A stretch of 64,000 bases of DNA from Macrostomum lignano (Eukaryota). The DNA lies in the NCBI GenBank assembly GCA_002269645.1, contig NIVC01001205.1, forward strand, positions 124,001 to 188,000. Reading direction: 5' to 3'. The position numbers and the translations under genes were made by a program. This document shows positions 26,842 through 41,180 of the stretch, piece after piece. The first letter of the stretch is position 1; each line of letters begins with the position of its first letter. The notes beneath the pieces were generated by a model. That model worked only from the letters and a program-made list of their open reading frames with translations. It was not told the origin of the DNA and searched no databases.

Positions 26842-29800
26842 AACCGGCGAGAGGCATTACTGCCCATTCCGCCGACTCCCCCGAGCAGGCACACAAGCGC
26901 GCGGATACGTACGCAGGCACACACTCACACAGGAGTGTACAGCGGCCATAACTTTATATTATCGTTAGGCATGTACACTTCTATTAATATTAATATTAAA
27001 CTAAAAAGTCTATTTAAGACCTTATTAGTTTAACTATGCCTAGTATTCTTCTATTTTAATTATCCTATCTGACCTATACTAAATTTGTTTATTCGCTTCA
27101 GCTCAGTGAGTTTAGTAACACGAGAAGTCCTAAATTTCAATTTTAACTCAGACCAAGAATCAATTCCAAGGCTGCCATTGCATGTTTAATTTTGAAGAGC
27201 ATTCATGTCAAATTAGGCAAAATAAACAAGCAGTCACGTACACGCACACGACACATGCGTCCGCCACCATTTCCGCCACCATTTGGTGAACTTTTCACGA
27301 AAAATAAGCAAAATACACAAAACGCTACTGATATGGATACAAATAGCATGACACGACATTTATAAAATGAGCAAGCAAGAAATTAAGCACTTTGATTTGA
27401 CGCGCTTGCAAAATAATGACAACACAGAGATAAATACGCGGAAATAAATAGTAGCACAACATTGAATATAAATATAGAAACGCATTTTCAAAGCACCAGG
27501 GGGGGTATTTACAGGGGAATCAGGGGGGATACAAAAGATAATATGAGAAAGCAATAGTTCACGCAATAAGAGGATATATTTACAAGGGGCATAGCAGCAC
27601 AAAAAGAAAAGAATAGGGGGCTGAAATTTGCTTCGGCATGACAAAAATTCTCGGGGGCCTCGCCGACCGCCAAAAACAACACCGTCGACGCCAGGCAATC
27701 TTGCAGCGCCAGCTGCGCGGCCCACTCACCCGCTTGGTGAGGCGCGTAGATGAGCAGCGCTGGGGTAGGGTCGGTAGCTAACGCAAGCAAACCATCGTGG
27801 AAAACGATAGTGTCGGCGCTACGTAAGCCCAGCACTAGTCGGGCGTACATGGCCATCTGCAGAGCCGTCAGATGGACTTCGTGCCGGCTCAACATGGAGA
27901 TGATATTAGCAGTTGCCGCAGGAGTCAAGCCGCAATCGACCGCCGCCGGGCAGGGGAAGGTGAGCAGCTGAGCCAGGTACAGGACCGCCCGCCCTGGGTT
28001 GCTCAGCTGCAGCGGCGCCAGCCGCTAGATTTGGCCACCTCGTCGCCGTCGGCCACGGACCCGCACTTTCAGCCTCGCGGAAGTGTCGGCTCAGCGCTTC
28101 GTAGGCCTCGCCGAGAATTACGCGCCATAGGCTGTTATCGATGTCGGCCCAGGAGTAGGCCAGCTCCGTACCGTGCTCCGATGCGTGCTCCGATTTGGGA
28201 AAAAGTGCGTCCTCATCAATTTCATTTATGCTGCATGCTTGCGATTGTAGTTCTTTTCAAAACAGCGCACCTTGTAGTTCTATGAAAAACGTTATACCTC
28301 GTATAATGAATAACTTTGGCATCTACTCTTCAGTAATAAAATTTCTCTGTTCATTAATTTGTCTATTTATTCAATGAAATTCACCTCAAAAGGTTATTTT
28401 AATTGGTATTTTGTAGTAAAACTAGCCTTAAACTCCACAAACAGTAAGCCACCTCTGGTACGCTATAAAAACAGCTTTCCCGTCCAGTTCCTATTATCTA
28501 GAAGTCCTTGCATAAACACAGGTTTAAAAAATAATGATAATAGTAAGGTAGCAGTTTGGCAGGCTCCTTTTTACTAAAGTTATAATAGCAAAATAGATAA
28601 TGGGTTAGCGGCCAAAATATTTAAGCATAGATTATCCACAAAGAGCATTGTTTCCTTAGAATATATAATTTTCCTAGTCATCATAAGGCTCTGCTAGACT
28701 AAGAGTAGGCCCCTAGTTTTAGCTTCACTAAGCATGCTATATTATCTTATCAATGGCTTCTGCTTCTATTTCAGACACTGCTGCTCCAGATATAGTGCAT
28801 TAGTGCAAAGATGCCACAGTCGGTTTGCTACATGATGGAAAAGCTCATAACGTGGATCTCTAGGTTCAGTTCAAGACTGGGGAAAAGGATCTTGGAAGGG
28901 CTGACTGGCTGACAAGGATCAAAGATCAAATTGTCTTTCAATGCGTACTTTGGCGAGATCTTTAAAGGTATGTGTTCTTTGTGTTTTTTATTCTTATACG
29001 CTCGTAGTATATTCAAATTGCTTTTATACCAGTTCTAAAGAAGATCGCGAACATTTTTTCTTGCATTGCCTAAAGACAACTATTGTCTTTATTTTTTATT
29101 TACAAATCTTTCTGATGACAGTGCAGGTGCCCAACTGGTCTGCTGATCATGCCATTAACTCTTTAAATTACTCCATGCAGGACCCTATCCTCCGAGTTCT
29201 CTCTGGATTGCATCAAAAGGCCATCCAGAGCTTCTGAAAGTGCAAGAGCTTTAGACCAACAGAAATTGCATACTGTAATCTTTATAATTGCATAATATGC
29301 TATGCATTGAGTAAATTAAATAGCCGATCACTATTGTGCTTCACTCTTCAGGCATTATTATTTATACTATTTATACTATTTACTATTATTTATATAGTTT
29401 TGCCCCCCCCCACTGTGAGTTATTTCAAACAAACTGACTTGTTTTAATTTACGAGAATTATTCGTAATTTTTTTGGCCGTTGCGCAATAAACTGCAACTG
29501 CATTCTTTTTGGATTGCTATAAGTTTAGTTTTTCTAACAAATTCAATATAGTAGGTTGCTTTTAGATAACACTGGTATCTGACGGGTGGCCTAGTGCGGC
29601 TGCGTGTGTTGTATAGTTTAGTTTTATTACTCTCTTTGTCTAGCGTATCCCCATTTTCGATGCGGCCCGCATGCGCGCCTTCTCTCTTCCCCTGTTCAGT
29701 TCCGTTACTATTATCGATCGCTACTTCTCCTCCCTCTCTCTCTGGCCTCTCCATCTCTTCCGCTAAGCAAATTCGAAGCATTGGAAGTGGGTAATCCTTT

Positions 29801-31692
29801 AGTGGGACGCACAGTAGTCCCAAGAGCGGAATAAACAAAATAACAAAAATGATTAAATGCTTGATGCAGAAGGGGGATGCACACTCGGGGTTCCGGGAGC
29901 ACGGAATTCTTGTAGTGAAGTCCCAGAGTGCAAGCTGGGAAGGGAAAGCCGGCGACGGGTCCTCCAAGACGACAAAACATTTCGCCATCGCATATAACCG
30001 ATTAATTAAGTGACAAACCAGGAAAAGGGACACGGAAATGTACGTCATGCAAAATTTTCACGAAATTTAAAAATGTCAACAGTGATAGTCCCACTACTAC
30101 ATACATATATTTATCGTTTCTTACCTTTATAACAAAAATAAGTCTAAAACATACCGTTGGGTTTTTCAATTTGAAGCATTGAAGCATTCCAATCTGTACC
30201 CTCGTATAGTAATAAAAAAACTCGTAACAAACTGTCGCGATGAATTTAACAACTTTTTCTAAAATTTGTTACACGCAACGTTTTTTTTAGCCAGGAATGA
30301 AAGTTTGCGTCAAACTTAGTGTTAAAAAAGGGGCCAAAATCGTAAAAATAGGCAGCTTTAACTTTAACTTTAAGCTTTAACTTCAAATCAAGTAAGCCTT
30401 TATCCTAATGAAATCCCGTAGGATTTTCTACGAAAATTTTAAATGGATATCCCATGATCGTACATTCTTTTCAACCGCGGCTTACCAGACAACAGTTATG
30501 TGGAGTGGGCCAAGATAATAGTGGGCTAGCTTTAGCTTCAGAAGAACTTTTCCGCGGCTGGCTCCCTCTGTTTTCCTTTTTCCGTCATGCTCTCGAAACG
30601 AAATTCCTGAGTATAAGCAAAATTAGTTTTAATTTTCAACCTTTGGTTGCCATCCTTTTTTATGATGGACGCAAGTGCAAGACAGCTCGCCTGCTGAGAA
30701 TGTAAATGATCAAAAGACAGTTTGTTCTTATCTGCTAGCCTACAATTGTTACATAACTTCGTGGCTATCGGGCGGGCTGATATTTGATTATTGCGATTTC
30801 ATTGTTCATATCTTGATTGATATTTTTGTGTAGTTCAAACTACAAGAACAGAAGAAACAGACATAAAAGAATCAGAAACTAATATAGTCAGAGTCAGGAG
30901 CCATGCAAGCTCAAAATTGGCAAAGCGTCCTTTTCCAAGCTAAGAACTCAAATATCTTCGTAACATTTTGCCCCGTTTTTTACATGACTTAAGACAGCAG
31001 TTGGAACGCTGGATGGTTGTTCGTCTGACTCGTGTGCTTGATGACTGACCACTGACGTAGAAGCATGCAGACTGTCTGTGATAGCAGAAGAAAATGCTCC
31101 CGTCTGCGCCACTTGTCCCGTGAACTGAGAAACAGCTACATGTATGGGTCATATTGCATGTCAAATTTCGTTGTCTCTGGCTTGCTTTCTCAATTTACAA
31201 GTATATCCAACGCCTGGTTATAGAATTCTATAGGCCGTTCCATTTTGCATGCCCCTGTTCTACATAGCGCGACAAAAGCTATATTAAAAATATAACAATC
31301 GTTTATGGTCTAAAGTAAAGAATCCTTTGGAACTTGTCTTCGCTTTCTCCACCTCCCATTCCTACTCTCATATGAGAGGTAATACGAGTAATATACGATT
31401 AATTCAAGGCAGCCAGGGGCAGGAAAAGCATTTCACGTCCATCAAGACTGTGGTAAATTTTCACTGGGTGCTATGCTAACTACGAGTACAACTCTAATAT
31501 TTAAAACTGTTCGGAATAAAACAAGCTGAATCGTTTTATTTTTTCAGCCTATCAAATTAGCTCGTAGATGCACTGTCGCAATTTTTGTTAAAATAGTGAA
31601 CGTTGTAGATAAAAAATATCATCGAAGGGCAAAGCTATTCTAATAAATTTTTCACAGCAAAGTAGACATGAAATCACAGCTCATTCTGTCTG

Positions 31693-34600
31693 TCAAGTGA
31701 GCACACCGCTGGCAGCCAGTCTAGTTCCAGCCGGCGGCAGCATCATTGTAGTTCTGGCCCGGTGCAGCAGCGGCCTGCCGCCACCGCCGCCACTTCCAGA
31801 CACCAGAGGAGGCAGCTCGTTTGCCAGAGTGACGCTGAGGTTTGCAGCAATCACCTCAGCAGTCGAGGCCTTAGCCGAGTTTGGCTTTACTCGACGAAGC
31901 AGGCCGCGAATTGAGTCGCGAGTTCGCTTTAGCTGATAGGCTCTGATTCGGGCGCACACCTGATCGCTAAAATATCCGCAGGTGAGCCATTCGTCGAAAT
32001 CGGTTATGTGATCAAAGGCCGCTAAGCCGTTCTGCGCTCGGCATTTTGTGTCGGCTCCGCGTTCGATCAGCAAACTGGCTGAGAGCTGGTTGCCGCTTCT
32101 ATAGTGTGAAAAGCGAAAATTTTCAACTTCACTTGAATTTCCCTGCGAGACATTTCCGCTTTTGAATCCCTAGTCAGCCTCATTCAGTCAACTGATTGTG
32201 CTGCTATAGTCATACTCTCAAACTTAAGGTTTATCGTCAATCTTCACTCGTTTTTAGTGTTATGTGAACTAACTGAATAAACATCCAAAGTTAACGCAAC
32301 TTTGTATTGTACCGCAACTATATATTATATACCTTAATGAATTGCGGTTGCAGACGTACGAAATATTGATAATGACTCACAATGCAACCTCTAAACGTGT
32401 TCTGCGCATGCTTAAGAATTAAGAAATCTCTAAAATGACACCTCTATAAAGTTCATTTGATTCAATAATTCCCAGTTTAAACAAAAATAAAAAATCTGTT
32501 CAATTGTCTCAGACCTCATTTCGGACCAAGCTAGCAGAAATGAGTATGATGGAAAGAAAGGCCTGTGCCTTCGAACTTTATTTCTAAGATACTGCAACTT
32601 TCAGATCTTGCTTCAAATGTCGGTGCGTCGCTCACCTGCATGCGTAGAACAGAGGCGTCGCCATGTCTCCGGCTCGCGCGTCCGGGCAGCCTCCCTTGTC
32701 CAACAGCAGCAGCATCATGTCCGAGCCCTCCGATAGTCCGGCAGCCAAGTGCAAGGCGGTGGCCCCGTCAGGTGGAAACTGAGCGCTAGGATCGGCGCCG
32801 CACTTGTCTAGCAAGAATCCCAGAGTGAGGAAGCGCCTAGCGATCTGCAGCTCCCCGGACACCAGCTTGTACAGCATGCGCGAAGCTTCATCTTGTTTCA
32901 GATCGAATCCTTTGCCAAGCAGCCAGTCGGCGCATTCGACAAATCCACCAGTCAGAGACAGGCAGACCAGGCTAGGAGGATGAGTTGATGACTCCTGACC
33001 GAGGCTGCGCAGTATGGCGCCACCGCCGACTGAAGCGTCGTGCGTCAGCAGCAGATTGATCACGTCGGTGCGGCCTTGCAGAGCAGCACAGTGAATGGGC
33101 ATCAGGTCCTGTTCGAGTGGCGCCGATTGGAATGCGTGCTTAAGGGTACGAACAATTAGTTGCTTTAGAAACTATTTTGAGAAGTATGGGTAAAGAGAGA
33201 TTTAAATATTGCTATAATATAGGAGTGAGGAGAGGGAAGCAGGTAAATTACTGTCTTTCTAATCACATCATTTACAAAACAGAACATGTTTTCTCGCTAA
33301 TTTTGCTCACTGTTTTTCTACAAATACGAGCAATACAAAGTAAATTTAAACTAACTAATCATGTAAAAGCATAAAATTCATTAGCTCTTCACAATGAAAA
33401 AAAATGCCGAATTTTAAATTTTTCAAATTAAAAATAGCAGTGAATTCGAGATGTTGCCTGAGTACCACTCATTCGCATTGAGGATGACACGAACAGAAGT
33501 GAGATGGAAACTGCTGCGGAGTGCAGACGGCAGTTTATCTAAATCTATGAGCTTTTTAATAAAATGTCGAATCACCAGCGAGAACTTAGCTTTTGTATAC
33601 TTTTGAATAATTTTAGCGTTCAAGTGAAAATATCTAGGCTATAGCAAGCGATGGTTGTGCACGCTGCAAGAGAAATGGCTCGCGCGATTTTCAACAAGAG
33701 CGAGAGACATGGTTCTGCTTTTTTAGCACGTTGGCCTTGACGTTCTTCAACTTCGTCCGTTTTTTACAATAGGCGCTAAATTTAACGCTATGGTTCTTCA
33801 ATCGAACGCAAACTGCTATATCTTAGACTGTGTACAGAATTAAATGCACCTACGCTTGAAATTGGATCAACCTCAATTCCCTACCGCAGAACGATTGAAT
33901 TAGGTTAAGTTAAGAACGTAGAAGGATCAATGTTTTATGAGAGGGAAACCCTGAATTTTTGTCCACGTCGTTTGTCTATTTCTAACTGCCTATCAGGAAT
34001 TAGTGGATAGATTGCCCTGGGGCTGTAAATTGACATTGGCAATGATTGATGGAAAGACTTAGGATATTGCGGATATAAAGGTGTATGTAAGTGAAGAGGT
34101 ACATGGTACTATACTGGGAGGGGATGCTTATGGTATACGAGGTAAAAGGGACTTTAATGGGTTCGTAGCGGTGTACGGATTAGGGCTTGAAAATTCCAGA
34201 TTGTACGATGTCAAGTAAGCTATGCAAAATGTTAAGGCAAAATAGTTTGTGTCGAAAATGCTGCCAGTGCAATAAGACAAAGAGCAATATTCAGAGTTGA
34301 CAGCAATACAGTGCAAATTCAAACAGTTTGTGCCGTGATTGTAAAAAAATCTAAATGAAGAGTTTCTCTGTTCAAAGGAAGGAGCAAATTAAGCAATAGT
34401 TGATTTTTTTTATCTTGAATATTGTCTGAAATGAAATTTACCTTTTGAAGAAAAATACTGAAAATAAAATGACGCATGTGTTTAAACTTAGTAAGGAAAT
34501 AATTTTATTCTCTGATTAAAACCGATCCTAAACTTATTAATATTAAAATCTAAGTCATAAGTTTGCTTCAATCCCGTTCACAAAACGATGTCGTCGATTA

Positions 34601-37600
34601 CAGATATGTACTTTCATATTAAACCGACGTTCAGCCGATATATGAAGTCGTTATCCGTCAATCCGTCAACATTGAATTGCTGTACGAGAAAGTTTATTAA
34701 CCCGTGCAATCCTAGGCGATAAATCGAATCGATATAAATCGATATAATCGAAAAAAACTTTACTCTTAAGACGCCTGGAATAGTCACAACTGTTGGTTTC
34801 TTATCGAACAATGGGCCGTATGCAGAAAGCTTAGTCCAGACTAGCTAGTCCGGACTTAGGTAGTTCAGTCTATAGTCTATGGTCCAGCTACCCTAGTTCT
34901 GTCTATAGTAGACCGGTCTAACTTTGCGTTTCTGCATACCAAATCCAAGTCCAAACTAGCTTTTCAAGACCGGACTACCCTAGACAGAGTTTCTGCATAC
35001 GGCCCATTAGCTCGTAAGTGTTTACGTTAAAAGCAGAAAACGCCCGTCCCGAATAATTAGAAAATTTAGTTGATCTGTAGCAAGTATAATATCAACTGGC
35101 AGTGAATTGCAGTCGTACGATATTTAATTCTTTCACTCTAATTTAGTTGCAGCTCACACTAAAACTTGGGGACAAAACAGGTTAGTTATTAATTACTTTG
35201 TAGTAGGCTTGAGGCAGCCGAAAATCAAGGCGACCCGCATCCAGTGAGGGGACAAGCAGGTATGCTCATTCTGCTAGTGATATCTAGTGATATTGAGACG
35301 ATTTCGAGTGTAAATTGGGTCAGCTGGACCCTTGCTTACCTTGTCATTCTTGCTGGTGGGGCTAGCATCGTTGTCCAGTAGGAACCGGATAAGATCCAGT
35401 TGGGATTGTTTGCCGTCTTCACCGAAGCATTTGACGTGCAGCGCTTGGTTGCCTTCGCGATCGCGCAGCTGCACATCGGCCCCGGCCTCCAGCAGGATTC
35501 TAGCGCCGAGCACGCTGCCCGCGCGATGCAGGACGCCCGCGCCCTTGTAGTCTCGAATTGAGACGTCAATTTTGAGCTTGAGAAGTCTACGGATTAGCAG
35601 TAGATGGTCGAAGTAGGCGGCCGTGTGAAGCAGAGTGCTGCCGTTTAGACACCTACAGAGGACCGAGAAAGATCCGGATTTGTATTGTATATACATGTAT
35701 AGTAGTGCTTCTGAAGGTTCTGACTGTTATCAACAAATATGTTTGACACTGGCGGCTCAGACTGAAGACTGAATAATATTCACCTGCTCTGGATGCTAAC
35801 AAGCTCGTGTCGTTTAGTCACGTGATCTTCAATCATGTCGGAAAGGTGCTGCAGCTGGCCCGACACGACCAGCGGCACGGTGGTGGAGTAGTACTGGTAG
35901 TGCCGCATTAGATTACGGCGAAGCTCATCGCTTTTTGAAGCCTCCAATGCTGTTAGCTTCTGGATGTTCTTGGCGTGGATGTCGCAGCCCCATTCAATCA
36001 GAAGCTGGTGGAAGCGCGTGGGATAGGACGATATGGAGGAATTCGGCACTGAGGCGACAGTTAATAATTGAATCTATTGTAAATTTAACTATCAATTTTG
36101 ATACACCAAAAGGCTTTCCATGACCACCAACAGGACAAGTGTAACCTGACACCTTGACCATCGCTGAAGCCCTACATTTCCCTTGACAAACGACAGTGTC
36201 TCCTGACTGCCAACATTCCCAACTCACCCAGTCTCTTCTAACACTTCACATTCCCCCCCGAGACTCGATCCAGTCAACCCCTGACAACCCACCAGTCTTC
36301 CACCCCAACAGCCTACCTGGCAGACTCGCCGGTTCCCCGACTCCACGGCCAGGAACAATGGTGTGCACTTGTGCACATTCCTGGCATCAATGTCGGCAAA
36401 GTTCTGCAGCAGCTGCAGAGCCACCCGCAACTGCCCGTAGCGGCAGGCGTAGTGCAGCGCGGTATTGAGGCTGCCCGGCTCTCTATAGTTGATGAAGTCC
36501 GGGACAAAGCTAAAAAAGGTGATCAGCTTTTGAATGGCGTGGTAGTTGCCCTCTTTGGCGTGCTTCAGCAGACCGTTCTGCCAGATCTCCAGGGTGCCGG
36601 GAAACACCTGGTAGAGCACGGACTCGCCAACTCCAATTAGACTGTTTTTGCTCTGGCATTCCACGTATATGTCGAATTGGGGATGCTCGGCGGGGTCAAG
36701 CAGGATAGAGTCTCTGCTGGGCTGGCGAAGCATCTGGCGGACGGTCACTGGGATGGGAATCGTGGGAGATCGGTCTAGACTTCCATAGAGTTCGTAATTG
36801 CAATTGCAAGCATGTAAGTGTTCAATTTTCTCCCTTCTGTTTGCGCTTAATAACCTATAATTACAAATTCAAGCTTAACATGTAATAATAATCATTCTAG
36901 TTTGACTGTATCAAATTTATAAGACAATAGCACAAATTTAACGTTAAATTCATAAACTTTCAACAAACATTTCACCTTCAGTCTTCCTGGTAAAATCGTC
37001 GTAGAATTCGCCAGTTTTCTTGGACTGCAGCACAATGCGCCTGTTCTCGAGAATCAGCTCCGGGTCAAGCAGTTTGCAAAAAGCAGCTCCGTTGGACAGA
37101 CTCTGCAAATAAACGAACGAAGTGCAAATCAGCCTACTGTCTGAGTAGAAATGTGTGAATAGTGATCTCAAAAAGTTACCAAGTTGATCATCAGTGAAAT
37201 GCACATCTGATTGAGCGTCATGTCCCTGGGCGCTTGCACAATTTCAAAGCGATCCTTCAGTTTGTCGCGAATTTTTCCCTGCATCTGCAAGCGTAATTAA
37301 TGCGTCGAGATTATTTGATTGGCATTAATAGGGGAGACAAAAATGCAGACACCCGGCTATCACGAAATTGAGCTCTATTAAATTTCAATAAAAGTCTATC
37401 GTGTTGAGGTTTCCATGTAGTAACCTTCCGTACCTTATGCAGTAAACATTTCATTTTAGAAATTTCCAGCTAATCAATAAGTCAAGTTCTGTATTCATAA
37501 GTCAATTAACGGTACAGAGACCCACAACTGAAATTTACTTGAGTTGATGAACTTGTAAGCGCTTACGAGTATCATGCCAAACTATACTTGCCTCACTTGG

Positions 37601-40600
37601 AATTCACGAGTACACCACACGTATGTACAGTACATTCAAACAAACGCTTGTTATCAAACCCATCTCCATTAATTTTTTAAAGCTTCTTGCCTCTTTCAGC
37701 GTGTCCTGCGCGAAGTTAAGATTGTCTCGACATTCCGCAACATTGAATCGCGACTCGATAGCGGCCTTCTCTGAAAGTTTGTTTAGGAAAGTTGGGAAAG
37801 TTTTTTTGGATGATGCTTGATTTGATACTAAATTCCCGGACCTGAAGTTCTCACAGATTTCCAGCTATCTTATTTCCAATTATCCCCAACCCGCCTCAAT
37901 CCTAGACTGCCTGATCTCCCATTTCCCTGGGTCCCTGATCTCCAACACTTACATATTTTCAAACCTCTAATCCCAACCCACTTATCTCCCTAATTCAATT
38001 ACACATTAACTAGAATACAAAGCGTTCAAATTAACTTCTTAGTTATTTTTATCCAATTAATCAATTCATAAACTCCTAAAAACTCCTAATATCTTAATCC
38101 TTAAATATTCGTGTAATCTGCAATTTAACCAAAAAGTAACGCATTTTCAAGTAGACCGCAGGTTTACCAGCTTGAAAAGCTTGAATAAGTTTGTCCAATT
38201 TCTCTTTCTCAACAGAATCGCCGAGTCCCTGCTCGCACAAGAACTCAATATCGGTGTAGGCGTCTCTAGTCTGAGCCTTTAGCTGCTCCTAAAATTTAGC
38301 GTTGACAAAAATTATTGTATGAATATGAAAAATCAGCTAGCATTTTCTTATGCATCTACTAAAAGTAGGAAAAAGAAAAAGCGCCTACCAAACGAAGCAC
38401 CACCATTTGCTGCTGACGGAATTTGTAAGCGGCCATCAGGAAGCAGCAAAAATATGCGGCTATCGCTCGATTGTCCCCCTGAAAAGTTTCATCCACTTTT
38501 GCTAATTTTTTTTGCATACAAAGCCATTAAAATTTGCGTTCTTAATTGCACTTACCTCCACGAGATTCTTTGCCTTAAAGCAGCCTTCAAAATGAAAGAT
38601 TTTCTCCATTGTTTCTAGCACCAGATCGAGCGACCATCTAATTGATATTAACAAAAACTGCTATTGCAATTAAAGACGTAAAGGAAAAATTGCGATACAG
38701 TTTAATACCACTATACTCTTTTTATTCTGTAAGTTGGTACTCGTAAAACAACATTAGAACGCACCTGTCATTGAGAAGCACCTCAGAATTGAACTGATTA
38801 GGAAACAGAGCGTTACCAAGAGCGCAGATTACGCGAGTGTCGGCAAGGTCGCCCAGTTTCTAGAAAGTTTGCGTTGAAAATTATCTTTATGTATATTTTC
38901 TTTGTGGAACTTTGTGAAATATTAGTTTTACTGTTCAATTGCAATTTCTGATTGTAAATAATCTGTCATCTGCCAATAGTCCCAGAATGCCCTTTAAAAA
39001 GTTAAAATGCCCCTTTTAAGGACTTTGCAATACTGAAATCTGAAAATTTCAACGCATTAAAAGTAAAAAAAATTGGAAAATTATTACGTAAAATACTCTT
39101 ATGTACGAAAACAAGTTTTACCAGCCTCTTTAGTATTGTAATACGATTTAAATGTGTAAAAGTGCCTCTGACCCCTCTGACGGCTCTGAAGTAATATTAA
39201 ACAGTTTTCAATTTTTTATGTACTTGTTATAGCATTCTCTGTTATTTACCATCTAATTATATGCTTATTAGCTATTTAATTCTTTTCCCCAGTCGCACAG
39301 TACTACATTCGTACATGTCTAATATATATGAAAAGGTGATGAAATTAAAACGGCCCATAAAAAACTAATGAAAGCTTACACTAGCATACGCTATAACAGT
39401 ACTTACCCAAAGTCGCAATGCTCTACCTTCTGGAGTCATCTGCGTGATAAAAAAGGGATATCATACGTTACTTAATGCGTAATATACGAATCAACAAATT
39501 GATAAAACGCAATGACACTACTTAGATACATTAGATAAGTAGCTTACTCGCAAATGGCCTTTCACAATTTGAAACATGCAGTCGAGCGCTTTTGGAATTT
39601 TCGCACCCGGCGCAGCCCTGGACTTGTACTTCTTCATCAGCTCGGAACCCGGGAACGGCTCGTAGTCGTCTGGCTGGTCTGAGACCTGAGAAATCGGCAT
39701 TTATGGGGCGATTCTCATAATGTATTCACCTGGCTTTCTGTACTTTCAATGTCTAACAAGTCTGACAGATAACATGTAACACTCGGATATCTGACAAACA
39801 TCTGCTCACCTCGGCATTGGCCCCGGCTTCTTTCAGCATCTGCGACTTCATTGACGAAGCGCCGAAACCGCCAAGAACGTTCTTAGTGACTTTGAACTTT
39901 TTCTTCTGCTTGGTGACGTCAATTGGATCTGGGATCCACTGAAATGTCAGTTTTTGACTACAGGCGATTTGCTCCGGTTTAACTTAGAGTGACCATATGA
40001 AGTTTCACCTACATGTAGCCTATCGGCTTTTTAAAGACTTGATGAAATTGATAGAATGAATTGGGATTTGACCTCTTTGAAATTACAGAAAACCAATTAG
40101 TCGTAGCTTTAGGGCTAATAGGACGTTATAGGGTTAGGATTGAGCCAAATATATCTGGATCGAATATGTTGTGACCCCATGATGTAAGCGGACGAGGGGC
40201 AATCAACTCTAGTTTTATAAGTGAGAGGGATAGATTAGGAATAAGTAATATAAAGCAACAATAAAGTAATCCAAAACAATGTTGGTGACTCACCGTAAAG
40301 ACGCACTGCGTGAGCACGGCAGCCTCGGGATGCTGGAGGAACTCCATCCTCTCCCACAGAAACCAGATGTCGTGGCTAACCAGTTCCCACAGCAGTTCGA
40401 ACACTTCCTCAGAATTTCTTGCGGCGAACAGTTTAAAGTCCATCTGATAGCTGTCTGGTACGATGCGCCATCGCTTGAGCTCCTTGACGACCCATTCGGA
40501 CCTGGTGACCTTCTGCTGCTGGGTCAGGCGATCAAAGGTGTCGCCCAAGTTTTTAAACTCGCTGCCCGTGAGAGATTCGATCAGATTTCTCAGGTACATG

Positions 40601-40704
40601 CCGGACATGAGATCCATGAGCACGTTGCTGAGCATGAGATCGCTGTGCTGCAGGCGGAGATTCACCCAGGCCGTAAAGCCGCAGATCCTTGAGCTCAGCG
40701 ACAT
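31693..40704 (-). CDS. Multi-exon gene: N-terminal calponin-homology-like domain plus C-terminal ankyrin repeats (span includes introns)
   Basis: Exon 40704-40294 with FTAWVNLRL..VLMDLMSG..LIESLTG..LLWELV (CH-like) and a GTGAGT donor. Small exons near 39940-39810, 39690-39520, 37285-37205 and 37105-36965. Ankyrin exons 36750-36370, 36000-35785, 35655-35337, 33110-32635 and 32085-31693 with TALHYAC/TLLHTAA/PIHCAA/TALHLAA motifs. Internal exon boundaries are approximate. Confidence 0.8.
34811..35007. mobile_element. 197-bp MITE in an intron
   Basis: Perfect 18-bp TIR ATGGGCCGTATGCAGAAA / TTTCTGCATACGGCCCAT, with an extra TIR core at 34929. Flanks are CA and TA, so the TSD and superfamily are uncertain. 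Confidence 0.8.
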
Positions 40705-40899
40705 CTTTCACCTTCTTGTGTTGATTTTTGACAGCCAAAAGTTTTTTGGAAGCATGCAATGTTTTGAGGCGCTTTTCAAGTATTGTATCTTAAAGATTAA
40801 GGTGGTCACAATCTACTTATGGTAAGATTTGCTGCGCTTGTAATATTTCTTAGAAAATAATCTGTCAATTAATTTACGTACTTATCCAATTGTCTATCC

Positions 40900-40901
40900 A
40901 C

Positions 40902-40933
<32 letters not shown>

Positions 40934-40973
40934 TTATCTATCCATCTATCTATCTATCCATCTATCTATCTAC

Positions 40974-41064
<91 letters not shown>

Positions 41065-41180
41065 CCTATCTATCTATCTATCTATCTATCTACCTATTCA
41101 TCTATTTATCTATCTACCTATCTATCTATCTATCTAACTATCTACCTATTCATCTATTTATCTATCTACCTATTCATCTA
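40900..41180. repeat. (TATC)n microsatellite
   Basis: Read directly; lies between the two minus-strand genes. Confidence 0.97.

Noticed and set aside
27750-27971. Plus-strand SALRKPSTSRAY resembling the N-terminus of a DIRS recombinase
   Set aside because: Short and on the opposite strand to the weak RT-like hint, so probably chance.
29458-30048. 196-aa ORF ending ...LYNTRSRTRPPVRYQC..., reminiscent of a Gypsy pol tail
   Set aside because: Only a short RSRTRPPVRY-like motif; no catalytic domain or LTR was found, so it is too weak to annotate.
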